A DNA stretch of 64,000 bases from an uncultured delta proteobacterium (lineage in GTDB: Bacteria; Desulfobacterota; Binatia; UBA9968): positions 96,001-160,000 of the forward strand of contig CAWFJP010000029.1 of assembly GCA_963816145.1 (NCBI GenBank), in the 5' to 3' direction. A program made the position numbers and the translations under genes. Of this stretch, positions 8,883 through 19,488 are shown in pieces; the first letter of the stretch is position 1; every line of letters starts with the position of its first letter. Below the pieces are notes generated by a model. That model saw only the letters and a list, made by a program, of their open reading frames with translations, had not been told where the DNA came from and ran no database searches.

Positions 8883-9560
8883 CTAAGCTCCCGAACCGGT
8901 CGATTTTTCTTGATACCATTTCTGATACTCGTCCGGCGGGTGAACGACCAAGAGCCCCTTCATTCCTGAATGGCCGAAGCCGCAAAGTTCCGCACAGGGA
9001 ATCTCGAACTGCCCGATCTTGGTGGCCTCGAACCATACCGGAATACGTCGCCCCGGCATGGCGTCTTGCTTGAGGCGAAAATGCGGCAGAAAAAAGCTGT
9101 GGATCACATCCTTGGACATCAAGATGACCTGGATCGGTTTGCCGACCGGAACATGCAGTTCGTTGTCGGTCTTGATGTCGTCGTCCGTGTCAAACTTCCC
9201 ATCCGCTCCGGGGTAGACAAATTCCCAGTTGAACTGTTTGCCGATTCCGTGCACGACGAAATCGGTAGGCGGGCGTTGCAGTTTAACCTTGGCCCAGACG
9301 TCGGCACTGCGAATGTCAATGAATAAGTCGAGCACGACCACGATCGCCATCGGCACGAGAACCCAAGCCAGTTGCGCCCAGGTATCGCCCGCGGCGTAAA
9401 CTGCCTTCTGCCCGGGTTTGCGTCGATAACGAAAGACAAAGTAAAGAATCAGTCCTTCAGTGAGAAAAAACCAAATGGTGACGATGTAGAAAATGAACCA
9501 GAAGATGCCGTCTACATCGGCGCCGAAGGTCGAGACATTTTCAGGAAACCAGCTTTGCAT
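8883..9560 (-). CDS. coxB: Cytochrome c oxidase subunit II (CuA, no cytochrome c extension)
   Basis: Two TM helices, DVIHSF, CAELCGFGHSGM. Confidence 0.93.
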   Translation of the reverse strand: MQSWFPENVSTFGADVDGIFWFIFYIVTIWFFLTEGLILYFVFRYRRKPGQKAVYAAGDTWAQLAWVLVPMAIVVVLDLFIDIRSADVWAKVKLQRPPTDFVVHGIGKQFNWEFVYPGADGKFDTDDDIKTDNELHVPVGKPIQVILMSKDVIHSFFLPHFRLKQDAMPGRRIPVWFEATKIGQFEIPCAELCGFGHSGMKGLLVVHPPDEYQKWYQEKSTGSGA

Positions 9561-9707
9561 TCAAACCTCTCACTTTCCCGAAGTGTTTTTTGAATCGCGT
9601 TTAGTTAGAAATCGATCCCCAAATACGGCCGCACCGAGAAATGGTCCGCGCTGATTCGATTGAGCTCTTCACTGCAACATATCAATGCATTGTCCTTAGC
9701 TTGATGA

Positions 9708-9721
9708 TTGATTCACGTCAC
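9708..9721. promoter_or_regulatory. Possible FNR/CRP-family site upstream of cox operon
   Basis: TTGAT-TCAC-GTCAC; an extended -10-like TGaTATGTT lies on the minus strand at 9676-9684. Confidence 0.4.
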
Positions 9722-9752
9722 GCTGAGTTCAGCCATGAGATCCAAGCCATCT

Positions 9753-10799
9753 CTAAGCCGCGGCGCCTTCTTCGAGGTAAAGTCCGAAGGCGCGCAAAAC
9801 CGGCTCGTCATGCAGCGAGAATAAGATCGCTTCGTCCTGCGACGACGCGTTGGCGTGGCTGTGCCAGCTCCAGAGCGGCACAACGAAACTATCGCCTTGC
9901 TGCCATTCCAAGGTCGTGCCGTCGACCTTGGTCGTGCCGCGGCCGCGAAAAACATGGTAGATGCTGGTGCTGCGATGACGGTGACTTTGGGTCCGCTCGC
10001 CGGGCCGGAACATTTGGATGCGGCAGAGCAGCGTCGGGAAGGTCGGGCCGCCCGTCAAAGGGTCGACATAGTCCAAAGCGACGCCGTCGTAGGGATCGGG
10101 AACTTTCTCGGCGAGCTGTTGCAGGGCTGCGTAGGTATCCGACCAGCGGTAGTGTAACGGCGCAACCAACCGTTGCGCGGCTTGGCCGGCCGGGCGCATC
10201 ATGCCGTAGAGCGACGGATGGATTGTTCCTTCTTTAACTCGCAGCCGCTCTTCATGCCGGCGCTCGACGGAAACGACCTGCAATGCTTCGATCAACGGCA
10301 CATCGAGGCCATCGGCCCAGATCATCGCTTCGCTGCCTTGATTTTCATGCTCGTGCCAGGCCCACTGCGGTGTGCGGATCAAGTCGCCGGGCTGCATGAC
10401 CATTTTCTCGCCTTCGACATTGGTGAACGCCCCTTTGCCCTGGAGGACAAAGCGGAAGGCGGTCATGGTATGACGGTGCGCCGGCGCGACTTCTCCGGGT
10501 TGAATCAACTGAAAGCCGAATAGCATCGTGTGCGCGGTCAACTTCCGATCGTTAAGCCCGGGATTGACCAAACGGATATAGCGCCGTTCGGCGGTACCAG
10601 GGCCGATACCGATGATATCGCGCGCCCGTTGCAGCGAGTCGTAAACATCGGCCCATTTCCACAGATGGGGTTTGACTTTGGTTTTGGGCTCGCCGGTGCG
10701 ATCTTCGTTGCTCACGTTCCACAGGCCGGATAGCCACTTGGCATCCAGCGCACGGTCGAGATCTCGGCGAGCGTCCATCGCGGCCGCTTCTTGAGGCAT
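9753..10799 (-). CDS. Gentisate 1,2-dioxygenase-like bicupin ring-cleavage dioxygenase
   Basis: PHLWKW, AERR..LVNPGL, PGEVAPAHRH, TPQWAWHEH, DGLDVPL, second cupin HRH...VPLWSWHSH. Confidence 0.88.
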   Translation of the reverse strand: MPQEAAAMDARRDLDRALDAKWLSGLWNVSNEDRTGEPKTKVKPHLWKWADVYDSLQRARDIIGIGPGTAERRYIRLVNPGLNDRKLTAHTMLFGFQLIQPGEVAPAHRHTMTAFRFVLQGKGAFTNVEGEKMVMQPGDLIRTPQWAWHEHENQGSEAMIWADGLDVPLIEALQVVSVERRHEERLRVKEGTIHPSLYGMMRPAGQAAQRLVAPLHYRWSDTYAALQQLAEKVPDPYDGVALDYVDPLTGGPTFPTLLCRIQMFRPGERTQSHRHRSTSIYHVFRGRGTTKVDGTTLEWQQGDSFVVPLWSWHSHANASSQDEAILFSLHDEPVLRAFGLYLEEGAAA

Positions 10800-10896
10800 T
10801 GTGCGCTTCCTTTACACCAGCTGAAAAGTTGATACCTGCGAGCTTCACGGCGGCGCAATCGATGAACGCGTCGCCGTGAAGGCCTTGACGGAAAGG

Positions 10897-12012
10897 TTAG
10901 GCGTTGCCCGCGCCCGCCGACATCCAGTTGCCGCTCTTGAAGATTGGTGCCAAGATTTTGCGATCAGCCGGGCCCGGCAAGACCTCTTCGAGATGTTTCT
11001 TATACTCGGCCTCGGACAACGGATTGCCTTCGACGCTGAACATCTTGCCCTCGTAGTCGCCGATCTGGCGGTTAAACTTCATGTCCGGCGCCTGTAGTTT
11101 GGGGCTGCCTTCGGGAATCAGCCGATTCAATCCCTCGATGATTTCGCAGTCTTCTTTATAGTAAAGATTGCGCGCTTCCTCGTTCAAGCGGTCGAGATCT
11201 TTTGGCGGTTCCTTGGCGGTGGCTTCGTCGAACCGTCCCTTGAAACCCCAGCGATAGAAGCGAGCGGCGGCAGTCGAGTGATCTTTGCCGAACAGATCGT
11301 AGCCGGTTGAAAGCCACTTATTGAGGTATTTTTGCAGGATCGGGATCGGCACTTTGCCGGCTTTGACGATTCTCGACAGACCGGTCTGACCGGTGAACAA
11401 ATGAAAGGCTTCTTCTTTCAGCATCGGCCCCATGCTGCGCGACAACGGCGCGAAGCTCGAATGATGCAGCATCGTGAGTTGATACTTGCCATCCCGGTCG
11501 ATGAAGCAAGTGTAGGTGACGAAGTCGATGAAATCGTCAACGTTCCTATTGAAAGCGCCAAGCAGCCGGGAATTGTCATAAGCGTGGCGCTCGAGCAGCT
11601 TGCGCGCTTCGAGTTTGCCGGAATCGCCGAAATTGGAAATCAGCACATGGCACATCTGCCAGCCATGGCGCTGCTCTTCGCGCATGACCCGAATCAGACA
11701 CTGGCGATCGTAGTCGCTGGGCGCGCTGTTGATCAGTTTGCGCTGCTGTTCGGAAGAGCCGAATTCGGTATCGCCTTGATAGAAAATCAAATGCAGCAAG
11801 GAATCGCGCATGTCCTGCGTCGGCATGTCGAGGATCTTCTCGAACTTTTTGCGCCCTTTGAACTCGCCGAACTCGATGGTTGGACTGGTGCCCTCATCGT
11901 AGATCGCGTCGAACTTGTAATCCTTGACCAGCTCGGGATCGAAGCCGATATCCTTTTGCCACTTATAAAATAGGTCCTTCCAGTCATCGAAATTGGTGAT
12001 GCGCTCCGCCAT
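10897..12012 (-). CDS. BoxB/PaaA-family diiron aryl-CoA oxygenase (short form)
   Basis: QGDTEFGSSEQQ, APSDYD, EEQRH, RLLGAFN, DRDGKYQL, EEAFH diiron ligands as in BoxB. Confidence 0.85.
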   Translation of the reverse strand: MAERITNFDDWKDLFYKWQKDIGFDPELVKDYKFDAIYDEGTSPTIEFGEFKGRKKFEKILDMPTQDMRDSLLHLIFYQGDTEFGSSEQQRKLINSAPSDYDRQCLIRVMREEQRHGWQMCHVLISNFGDSGKLEARKLLERHAYDNSRLLGAFNRNVDDFIDFVTYTCFIDRDGKYQLTMLHHSSFAPLSRSMGPMLKEEAFHLFTGQTGLSRIVKAGKVPIPILQKYLNKWLSTGYDLFGKDHSTAAARFYRWGFKGRFDEATAKEPPKDLDRLNEEARNLYYKEDCEIIEGLNRLIPEGSPKLQAPDMKFNRQIGDYEGKMFSVEGNPLSEAEYKKHLEEVLPGPADRKILAPIFKSGNWMSAGAGNA

Positions 12013-12083
12013 GATTCCTCCTCAGTGAATTTTAGATTGTTTCGCACTGTAAAGGTGTGTCAGTGCAATTGTGCAGAACTCTT

Positions 12084-12099
12084 CGCAAGGCGGATGCCA
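12084..12099 (-). promoter_or_regulatory. Sigma-54 promoter of the boxB-like/dioxygenase unit
   Basis: Minus strand reads TGGCAT-CCGCC-TTGCG, ~70 bp upstream of the ATG at 12012. Confidence 0.8.
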
Positions 12100-12159
12100 G
12101 ATCTCAGCCTATGGGATCCCCCACAGTAATGGAGGTTTTTCGGACGCTCGTTCGGAAAA

Positions 12160-12208
12160 TTTCTTATCGATTGGAAACGGCGCGCAAATACTTCTCACAA
12201 TTAAGAAA
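12160..12208. promoter_or_regulatory. Paired enhancer (UAS) palindromes
   Basis: TTTCTTA-TCGA-TTGGAAA (12160) and CTTCTCA-CAAT-TAAGAAA (12191), offset 31 bp. Confidence 0.65.
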
Positions 12209-12351
12209 GCGTCATTTGTTTGCGCTACTGCCGCAACGCGCGACGTTGTCGCAGCGAATTGCAATTGGGACTGAGAGACTACGTGTCGAAGCCCTGCGCC
12301 GGGTATCGCCGACGCAAGGTGAATGGGGCGCTGGCTTCGACAAAGGCGATT

Positions 12352-12741
12352 CTAAAGATCGTAGATTGGCGTGTGAATCGCGACATGCTCGCCTTGAGCG
12401 ATGGCGCTGACGATGTCGGCGCGGCTGACGATGCCGACGATAGCGCCTTCCGTCATTACCGGAAGGCGCTTAATCGCGTGGGCGGTCATCAAGCGGGCGA
12501 TTTCCTCCACCGAGGTCTCTTCGCTTACACTGATGACGCTTTTGCTCATGATGGATTTGACGTCTTTGCCTTTCTTGCCGACGATATCGGCTTCGGAAAC
12601 GACGCCGACGATCTTGCCGTTCTTGCCGGCCACCGGCGCGCCGCTGATCTGATTCTTGATGAGAGTCATGGCTAGGTTTTTCACGCTCATGGTCGGGCTG
12701 ACGGTGATGATGTCTCGGGTCATGATATCTTTGGCGTTCAT
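12352..12741 (-). CDS. CBS domain pair protein
   Basis: AKDIMT, ISGAPV..GKIVGVVSEADI, IKRLPV..IVGIVSRADI. Confidence 0.9.
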   Translation of the reverse strand: MNAKDIMTRDIITVSPTMSVKNLAMTLIKNQISGAPVAGKNGKIVGVVSEADIVGKKGKDVKSIMSKSVISVSEETSVEEIARLMTAHAIKRLPVMTEGAIVGIVSRADIVSAIAQGEHVAIHTPIYDL

Positions 12742-12755
12742 GGTTTTGCTCCTTG

Positions 12756-13769
12756 TTAAAGTCCCTTAGTCACCATCAGTTTCGCCAAATCGGCGACCCG
12801 ACAGCTGTAACCCCATTCATTATCGTACCAACTTAGAACTTTGGCCATCTTACCTTCAAGGACCACGGTGGAAAGTCCGTCGACGATGGACGACACGGGA
12901 TTGCCGCGGAAATCGCTGGATACCAGCGGCTCGTCGCAAAAGGCGAGGATGCCGTTCATCTTGCCTTCGGCGCTTTCTTTTAGCGCTGCATTGATCGCTT
13001 CGACCGACGCGGCCTTTTTGAGATCGACGACTAGGTCGACCACGGAAACCGTTGAGGTCGGGACACGCAGAGAAAGGCCGTGCAGTTTGCCTTTTAATTC
13101 CGGCATGACCAAGCCGATGGCTTTGGCCGCTCCCGTGCTCGTCGGCACGATGTTCATCGCTGCGGCGCGGGCGCGGCGCAGGTCTTTGTGCATTAGGTCG
13201 AGTATTCTCTGGTCGTTGGTGTAAGCATGGATGGTGGTCATCAGCCCGCGCTCGATGCCGAAGGCGTCATGTAACACTTTTGCCACTGGCGCCAGACAAT
13301 TGGTCGTGCACGAAGCGTTGGAGACGATATGATGCTTGCGCGGATTGTAGGCGCCATCGTTCACCCCCAACACGAGCGTGATGTCTTCATTGGTCGCTGG
13401 TGCGGTGATGATGGCTTTCATGGCGCCGGCATCCAGATGAGCACGAACTTGCGCCCCGTCGGTGAAAACTCCGGTGGCTTCAATGACGATGTCGACGCCG
13501 AGCTGTTTCCACGGCAGGCGGGCGGGTTCTTTCTGACTGAGCACGGCGATCGACTGGCCGTCGATCTTCATGACGCCGTCACCGCTTTCGACTTTACCGG
13601 GGTAAATGCCGTAGGTCGTGTCGTAGCGAAACAAGTGGGCGTTGGTTTTCAAATCCGCCATGTCGTTGATCGCGACGACGGACAGTTCATTCTTACAGCG
13701 CTCGAGCAGGGTGCGCAGCACCAACCGGCCAATCCGGCCAAATCCATTGATTGCGACTTTGGTTGTCAT
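12756..13769 (-). CDS. gap: Type I glyceraldehyde-3-phosphate dehydrogenase
   Basis: [32 protein letters not shown]. Confidence 0.97.
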   Translation of the reverse strand: MTTKVAINGFGRIGRLVLRTLLERCKNELSVVAINDMADLKTNAHLFRYDTTYGIYPGKVESGDGVMKIDGQSIAVLSQKEPARLPWKQLGVDIVIEATGVFTDGAQVRAHLDAGAMKAIITAPATNEDITLVLGVNDGAYNPRKHHIVSNASCTTNCLAPVAKVLHDAFGIERGLMTTIHAYTNDQRILDLMHKDLRRARAAAMNIVPTSTGAAKAIGLVMPELKGKLHGLSLRVPTSTVSVVDLVVDLKKAASVEAINAALKESAEGKMNGILAFCDEPLVSSDFRGNPVSSIVDGLSTVVLEGKMAKVLSWYDNEWGYSCRVADLAKLMVTKGL

Positions 13770-13780
13770 CGGTGCTCCTG

Positions 13781-15100
13781 TTAGTTACAGCCCCGTAAAT
13801 CGGTGGTCAAATATTGATAGCGGTCGCGAAACTGCTCCGCCGAGCAGAAATGCTGCCCCGATGTCGCGGCCTGGGCCAATTGCCGGAGCTTCTCGTCATC
13901 TCTAAAATCTTCTTTTTCCAGGCGGATCATGTATTCCCGCGCGACCCGGTACGACGGTGAATAAATGTCGACTGAACGAACCCGCGTTTTCCCGGTCTTA
14001 GGGTCGAGTAGACCGGGGAAGTCGAGGTATTCGAGTCGGCCATCGACCAGACAAACCAGGGCCCCGTCGAGCTTGGCTACGGCTGCGCTTGGGTTGAGCA
14101 GAAATTCCACAGCGCCGTATCCGAGCGTGCGGACATAGTCGCAATCGAAGGCGACCGGTGCCGCCGAGCGTAGCTCGTAGCCGATATTCTTGTGGATAAC
14201 CGCAGCGGTGGCGCCGCGGCTAACAAAACGGTGCTCGATAAGTGTTTTCAAAATATAAGCGAGGTCGACTTCGGCGAGGCGCAGGTGGCCGTAGCTATCG
14301 TGGACGATCTGCACACCGTCGATATTTTTGAGTTCGTCGATCGGCATATGCTCGAGCAATCCTTCGGCGATCACGGCGACGCCGTCCGACCGATTCCATA
14401 AAGCTTTGCGTTTGAGCATCGCGCCTTCGAGAATGTCGCACACGGTGGCAACGCGAATCGCTCCGGGAAACTCTTCCGGGATGAGTGTGACGGTGGCGCC
14501 GGTGGACTTGCCGATGCCGAGGGCGAGGTGACCCACTGAACGGCCCATCACGACGACGAAATACCAGCGGCCGGTGGTGCGCGAGTCTTCCATCAGATTT
14601 TGCACCAGATCGCTGCCCAGCTGGCGCGCGGTCTCAAAGCCAAAGGTTGGGGTCGCGCCCGGTAGTGGCAAATCGTTGTCGATGGTCTTGGGTACATGGC
14701 AAACCCGGATGCGACCCTGCGCCTCTCTGGCCACTTCGCTGGCCGCAAACATGGTATCGTCGCCCCCGATGGTTGCGAGATAGCCGACGCCGAGCCGGTC
14801 CAGGGTCTCGACGACATGTCGTAAATCGTTCGGCTTTTTCGTCGGATTGGCGCGCGAGGTATTCAAGATCGAACCGCCCTGGAAGTGGACCCTGGACACA
14901 TCGGCATGGTCCAGTTCGCGCACATGATTGGCGTCAGCCTGCATGAGCCAGTGAAAGCCTTCGTAGATGCCGATCACTTTGCGGGCGCGAGTGCGCGCTT
15001 CCAGCGTAATCGCGCTGATGACGCCGTTGATCCCGGGTGCCGGACCTCCGCCGACAAGAATTCCGAGATTAGTCTTGGAAGAGTGACTGTTGTTCGCCAT
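13781..15100 (-). CDS. pfp: Pyrophosphate-dependent phosphofructokinase
   Basis: [15 protein letters not shown] (Asp typical of PPi use), [17 protein letters not shown]. Probable start ATG 15100. Confidence 0.88.
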   Translation of the reverse strand: MANNSHSSKTNLGILVGGGPAPGINGVISAITLEARTRARKVIGIYEGFHWLMQADANHVRELDHADVSRVHFQGGSILNTSRANPTKKPNDLRHVVETLDRLGVGYLATIGGDDTMFAASEVAREAQGRIRVCHVPKTIDNDLPLPGATPTFGFETARQLGSDLVQNLMEDSRTTGRWYFVVVMGRSVGHLALGIGKSTGATVTLIPEEFPGAIRVATVCDILEGAMLKRKALWNRSDGVAVIAEGLLEHMPIDELKNIDGVQIVHDSYGHLRLAEVDLAYILKTLIEHRFVSRGATAAVIHKNIGYELRSAAPVAFDCDYVRTLGYGAVEFLLNPSAAVAKLDGALVCLVDGRLEYLDFPGLLDPKTGKTRVRSVDIYSPSYRVAREYMIRLEKEDFRDDEKLRQLAQAATSGQHFCSAEQFRDRYQYLTTDLRGCN

Positions 15101-15181
15101 GATGATATCAAAATGTAGCGATTTCTGTGCCGGTGCAAGTCTCAATCAAGACTGGGTGAGCGGAGGTGATCAGGTTCATCA

Positions 15182-15230
15182 TTTCGCATATCTGCGAAAT
15201 TTTTTGCTTTTGATTCTTGGCAGCGCGAAC
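15182..15230. promoter_or_regulatory. Paired enhancer (UAS) palindromes
   Basis: Perfect TTTCGCA-TATC-TGCGAAA (15182) and ATTCTTG-GCAG-CGCGAAC (15213), offset 31 bp. Confidence 0.68.
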
Positions 15231-15278
15231 TTTTTGCGTCGCGGCTCATGCCGTACATGGATTCACGCAGCACTTTTG

Positions 15279-15294
15279 TGGCATAGACATTGCG
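15279..15294 (+). promoter_or_regulatory. Sigma-54 promoter of ferritin-like genes
   Basis: TGGCAT-AGACA-TTGCG. Confidence 0.8.
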
Positions 15295-15380
15295 CAAGCT
15301 AAAGTATAGATACGAGGATCGTTGTTACAGGAGTGGGGAATTAAACGCGTCGCGGGCAAGCTTAGGAAGGAGAAAAATTT

Positions 15381-15887
15381 ATGGAAGAGATCTCTGATGT
15401 CAATATGATGTTCGATTTGCTGAGGACTCCGGGACAGATTTCGCCGATTGAACGTTTGCTCAACGAGTTTGAAGCCCATGAAAATAAGGAGGAGAAAGCG
15501 CTCGAGTATTACAAGCAAGTGCTCGGTGAAATGCCCAACCCGGCGACTCGCTTTTTACTTCAGCTGATCATTTCAGATGAAGAGAAGCATCGTGCGGTGA
15601 TCCATGCGATGGTCGCAACCTTGAAAGGAAGCCTCACTTGGACCAAGCCGGCGGGCAGTTTAGAAGGGGGCGCTGACTCGGGGGCGGTAGACGGCAAACT
15701 ACTTGAAGTGACTGAAGAGTTTATCCGGATTGAAAAAGAGGGTATCAAGGATTACAAGACCTTGATTGGCGAGAGCGCTGATTACTATCACGGCCTATTC
15801 AAAGTCCTGATGGATTCGATGATTCGCGATTCGGAAAAGCATATCGAGCTGCTTGAATTTCTCAGAGGGAGTCTCAAAACCGCATGA
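15381..15887 (+). CDS. Ferritin-like (rubrerythrin-type four-helix) protein
   Basis: E..A..YY / DEEKH and E..GI..Y / DSEKH duplicated diiron-type motifs; RBS AAGGAG. Confidence 0.75.
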   Translation: MEEISDVNMMFDLLRTPGQISPIERLLNEFEAHENKEEKALEYYKQVLGEMPNPATRFLLQLIISDEEKHRAVIHAMVATLKGSLTWTKPAGSLEGGADSGAVDGKLLEVTEEFIRIEKEGIKDYKTLIGESADYYHGLFKVLMDSMIRDSEKHIELLEFLRGSLKTA

Positions 15888-16387
15888 TACCCGAAGAGCC
15901 GTTCGATTCTCTATTGGCCTTTGCCGAGATCGAACGGCTCGTTGCCAGGATTTACTTCCGTTTCTCGCATCTGTTTCTTGCCGATCCGGCGCTGCGCGAT
16001 TTCTGGTGGGAGATGGCCAGGGAGGAGGAGCAACATGCTTGCATTCTGCAGGCTTGCCGGGCGGTGATCGAAAACTATGAAGAGGAGCGCTTGGACCCAA
16101 CGGTCAGCCAAGACCGCGCCGACCGGCTGCGCCAATGGCTAGATGCCTTCCTCGCCCAGGGCACGGCGGCGTTGACCGTAGAAGAGTCGTTTCGGATCGC
16201 CCTTGAGATTGAAAGTTCAGAAATCGACGCGATCTATGGCAAACTGATTCATCTGGGCGGCGAACAGATCGCCCGGACCATGGAAAACTTGGGCGTGCCC
16301 GCCGCCATTCAAAGGCAGAAGTTGAAGTCCGCGCTGCGCCGCTTCTGCGATAATCCAGAGCTGCTTCAAGCGGCAGAAAGGCTATAA
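15884..16387 (+). CDS. Ferritin-like protein
   Basis: IERLVARIY, MAREEEQHA, ALEIESSE; ATGA overlap with the upstream gene. Confidence 0.7.
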   Translation: MIPEEPFDSLLAFAEIERLVARIYFRFSHLFLADPALRDFWWEMAREEEQHACILQACRAVIENYEEERLDPTVSQDRADRLRQWLDAFLAQGTAALTVEESFRIALEIESSEIDAIYGKLIHLGGEQIARTMENLGVPAAIQRQKLKSALRRFCDNPELLQAAERL

Positions 16388-16454
16388 GCAAGGCCATTGG
16401 CTTGCGCTTTAAATCGCCAAGGCTCGCCCTGTCCTGGGACGCCGCCAACTTTGT

Positions 16455-17399
<945 letters not shown>

Positions 17400-17448
17400 T
17401 TTCCTAGATTCTGCAATGGCTCTCCGCAAGGCTCCTATTCCTAGGAAG
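17400..17448. promoter_or_regulatory. Paired enhancer (UAS) palindromes
   Basis: TTTCCTA-GATT-CTGCAAT (17400) and GCTCCTA-TTCC-TAGGAAG (17431), offset 31 bp. Confidence 0.5.
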
Positions 17449-17511
17449 ATTTTTCTCCCGGGTCTAGCAAATTCATGTGAAATCCCGTGTCTGAGGGCGA
17501 TTTGGCTCGGC

Positions 17512-17527
17512 TGGTCTCATTCTTGCC
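17512..17527 (+). promoter_or_regulatory. Probable sigma-54 promoter
   Basis: TGGTCT-CATTC-TTGCC retains GG-N10-GC. Confidence 0.55.
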
Positions 17528-17584
17528 TTTTCTCAAGTTGAGGGAGTTCACGCTCGTTATGATTGTGACGGGTCCAAGTGAGTC

Positions 17585-19306
17585 ATGCCTGTCGTTGGTA
17601 CACGACTTCTGATCGACCTGCAGGCCAATTCTGTAAACTCCCGGCGACCCGTCGAAATAGCGGATCCAATCCTATGGGTCACACGGAGAGATATAGATAG
17701 TATGACGCATGGACGCGGCGGGGACGGCATGATGCCCGCTCCCGCGGAACTGGTTACAATGTCGGACGCCCAAGAGTCGCTCGTTCAAGCGATGCTCGAC
17801 CCGCAGTTCTATCCCAAACCGCCGGATACGGTGACCCATAAAGAGACCCATATCTCCCATCTTTTCTTCGCCGGAGAGCTGGTCTTCAAGTTGAAGAAAC
17901 CGGTGCGCTATTCGTTCCTCGATTATTCGACCCTTGAGAAACGGCGTGTCTACTATCAGGAAGAGCTGCGCCTCAACCGGCGTTTAGCTCCGTCGGTCTA
18001 CATCGGTGTCATGCCGATAACCTTTGACGATCTGGGCTGGCGGATCGGCGGTTGGGCCGAGCCGGCGGAGTATGTTCTGGTGATGCGTCGGCTGCCGGAA
18101 AAACGCATGCTGCCGTTTCTGCTCGACACCGGCCAGGTGACAGCGGCGATGATGCGCGAGCTGGCAGAGTTGCTGGCCCACTTCCACCAAGGCGCGGAGC
18201 GGGTCAGGGCTGTCGACCCTGCGCAATACCCGGCGCTGGTTCGGCGCCAATGGTGCGACAACATCGCCGATCTCAACCCCTTCTTGGGTAAAGCCATCGA
18301 CGTGGAAGACTTCCGCGCCGTCGACCAATTCGCCATGGGTTTCATTGAATCCCATGGCGAACTCTTTGCCCGGCGCGCCGCACAAGGTTGGCTGCGCGAC
18401 GTCCATGGGGATCTTCACGCCGAGCATGTCTGTTTCGCTCCAGAGGGGATTCAAGTTTTCGACTGTGTCGAGTTTGAGCCGAAGTTCCGCCGCTGCGATC
18501 TGGCCTCGGAAATCGCCTTCTTGGCGATGGATATTGAGGCGCGCGGTAATGGCGACTTGGTCGAGCCGTTTCTCAGGCGCTATGGTGAACTGCTCCAAGA
18601 CAACGATTTCAGAAAACTTTTGCCGTTTTGGAAATGTTACCGCGCGATGGTGCGCGCAAAAGTTTATGCGTTGCGCGGTAGCGCGGGCTTTGCCACCGCG
18701 CAGGGCTATCTGCGTTATGCGGCGAGGCTCACCTGGGAGCCGCTGCAGCCTTTTTTGATCCTGGTCAGTGGATTTAGCGGCAGCGGCAAGTCGACAGTGG
18801 CGAAAGCGCTAAGCGAACGACTCGGGGTCTCGAGTATCAATTCCGATGTAGTCCGTAAGGCCCTGGCGGGAAAAGTGGGGCGCCAGACTGAGGGATATCT
18901 TGAGGGGATTTATAGCGCGACCATGAGCGAGAAGACCTACGCAAAAATGGCGCGTGATAGCGAAAAGTTAATCGCCCGCGGCCAGGGTGTGATTTTGGAC
19001 GCGACTTTTACCCAGCGCGCCCAACGGCGGCGGATGGTTCGATTGGCGGCAAAACATCATGTGCCGATGTTGCTGATCCATTGTTCAGTTGCCGAGGAGA
19101 TAATTCACCAGCGTTTGATCCAACGAGCGGCCCAAGGGCTCGACGTGTCGGATGGTCGTTGGGAAATCTACCTCCACCAAAAGGACACCTTTGAAGCGCT
19201 TGACGAGGTTGATCCTGGAGCTTGTCTTGAGCTGCGCACGGACGCGGACGTCGACAGGTTAGCTGCCACCTGCGAAAAGTTCTTGCGCGAGCGAATCGTG
19301 CGGTAA
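17585..19306 (+). CDS. Bifunctional aminoglycoside-phosphotransferase-like / AAA_33 P-loop kinase protein (Rv2004c-like); true start may be downstream (~17730-17759)
   Basis: ETHIS, KLKKPV..FLDYST, ELRLNRRLAP, HGDLH, FDCVEF, then GFSGSGKST and ILDATF. Confidence 0.88.
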   Translation: MPVVGTRLLIDLQANSVNSRRPVEIADPILWVTRRDIDSMTHGRGGDGMMPAPAELVTMSDAQESLVQAMLDPQFYPKPPDTVTHKETHISHLFFAGELVFKLKKPVRYSFLDYSTLEKRRVYYQEELRLNRRLAPSVYIGVMPITFDDLGWRIGGWAEPAEYVLVMRRLPEKRMLPFLLDTGQVTAAMMRELAELLAHFHQGAERVRAVDPAQYPALVRRQWCDNIADLNPFLGKAIDVEDFRAVDQFAMGFIESHGELFARRAAQGWLRDVHGDLHAEHVCFAPEGIQVFDCVEFEPKFRRCDLASEIAFLAMDIEARGNGDLVEPFLRRYGELLQDNDFRKLLPFWKCYRAMVRAKVYALRGSAGFATAQGYLRYAARLTWEPLQPFLILVSGFSGSGKSTVAKALSERLGVSSINSDVVRKALAGKVGRQTEGYLEGIYSATMSEKTYAKMARDSEKLIARGQGVILDATFTQRAQRRRMVRLAAKHHVPMLLIHCSVAEEIIHQRLIQRAAQGLDVSDGRWEIYLHQKDTFEALDEVDPGACLELRTDADVDRLAATCEKFLRERIVR

Positions 19307-19353
19307 AGCGAGTTTAATAGGGTTTTGAGGGTTTTTGCTTGGGACACCGTTTA

Positions 19354-19402
19354 TTTTTCATTCCTGGGATTTCAGCCCTAATCTATTCTCATCGGTGACA
19401 AA
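19354..19402. promoter_or_regulatory. Paired enhancer (UAS) palindromes
   Basis: TTTTTCA-TTCC-TGGGATT (19354) and ATTCTCA-TCGG-TGACAAA (19385), offset 31 bp. Confidence 0.6.
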
Positions 19403-19439
19403 AAATATTCATTTAGCCTGGTAAGCCGACTTACATTGC

Positions 19440-19455
19440 TGGCATGCTAGTTGCG
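19440..19455 (+). promoter_or_regulatory. Sigma-54 promoter of USP genes
   Basis: TGGCAT-GCTAG-TTGCG. Confidence 0.8.
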
Positions 19456-19488
19456 CTATTAGCTAACTGAGAGAGGTCCGCAAAGGAG

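Noticed and set aside
8848-9036. N-terminal extension of coxA given by the ORF track
   Set aside because: It overlaps the coxB coding region; the RBS and GTG at 8847 give a normal-length subunit I.
15117-15132. Sigma-54-like CGGCAC-AGAAA-TCGCT on the minus strand before pfp
   Set aside because: Two mismatches, and it would start transcription only a few nt before the ATG; too weak to call.
15166-15179. FNR/CRP-like GTGAT-CAGG-TTCAT upstream of pfp
   Set aside because: The match is degenerate and could be chance; no corroborating evidence.
17596-17611. TGGTAC-ACGAC-TTCTG as a sigma-54 promoter
   Set aside because: It lacks the -12 GC; a better candidate exists at 17512.
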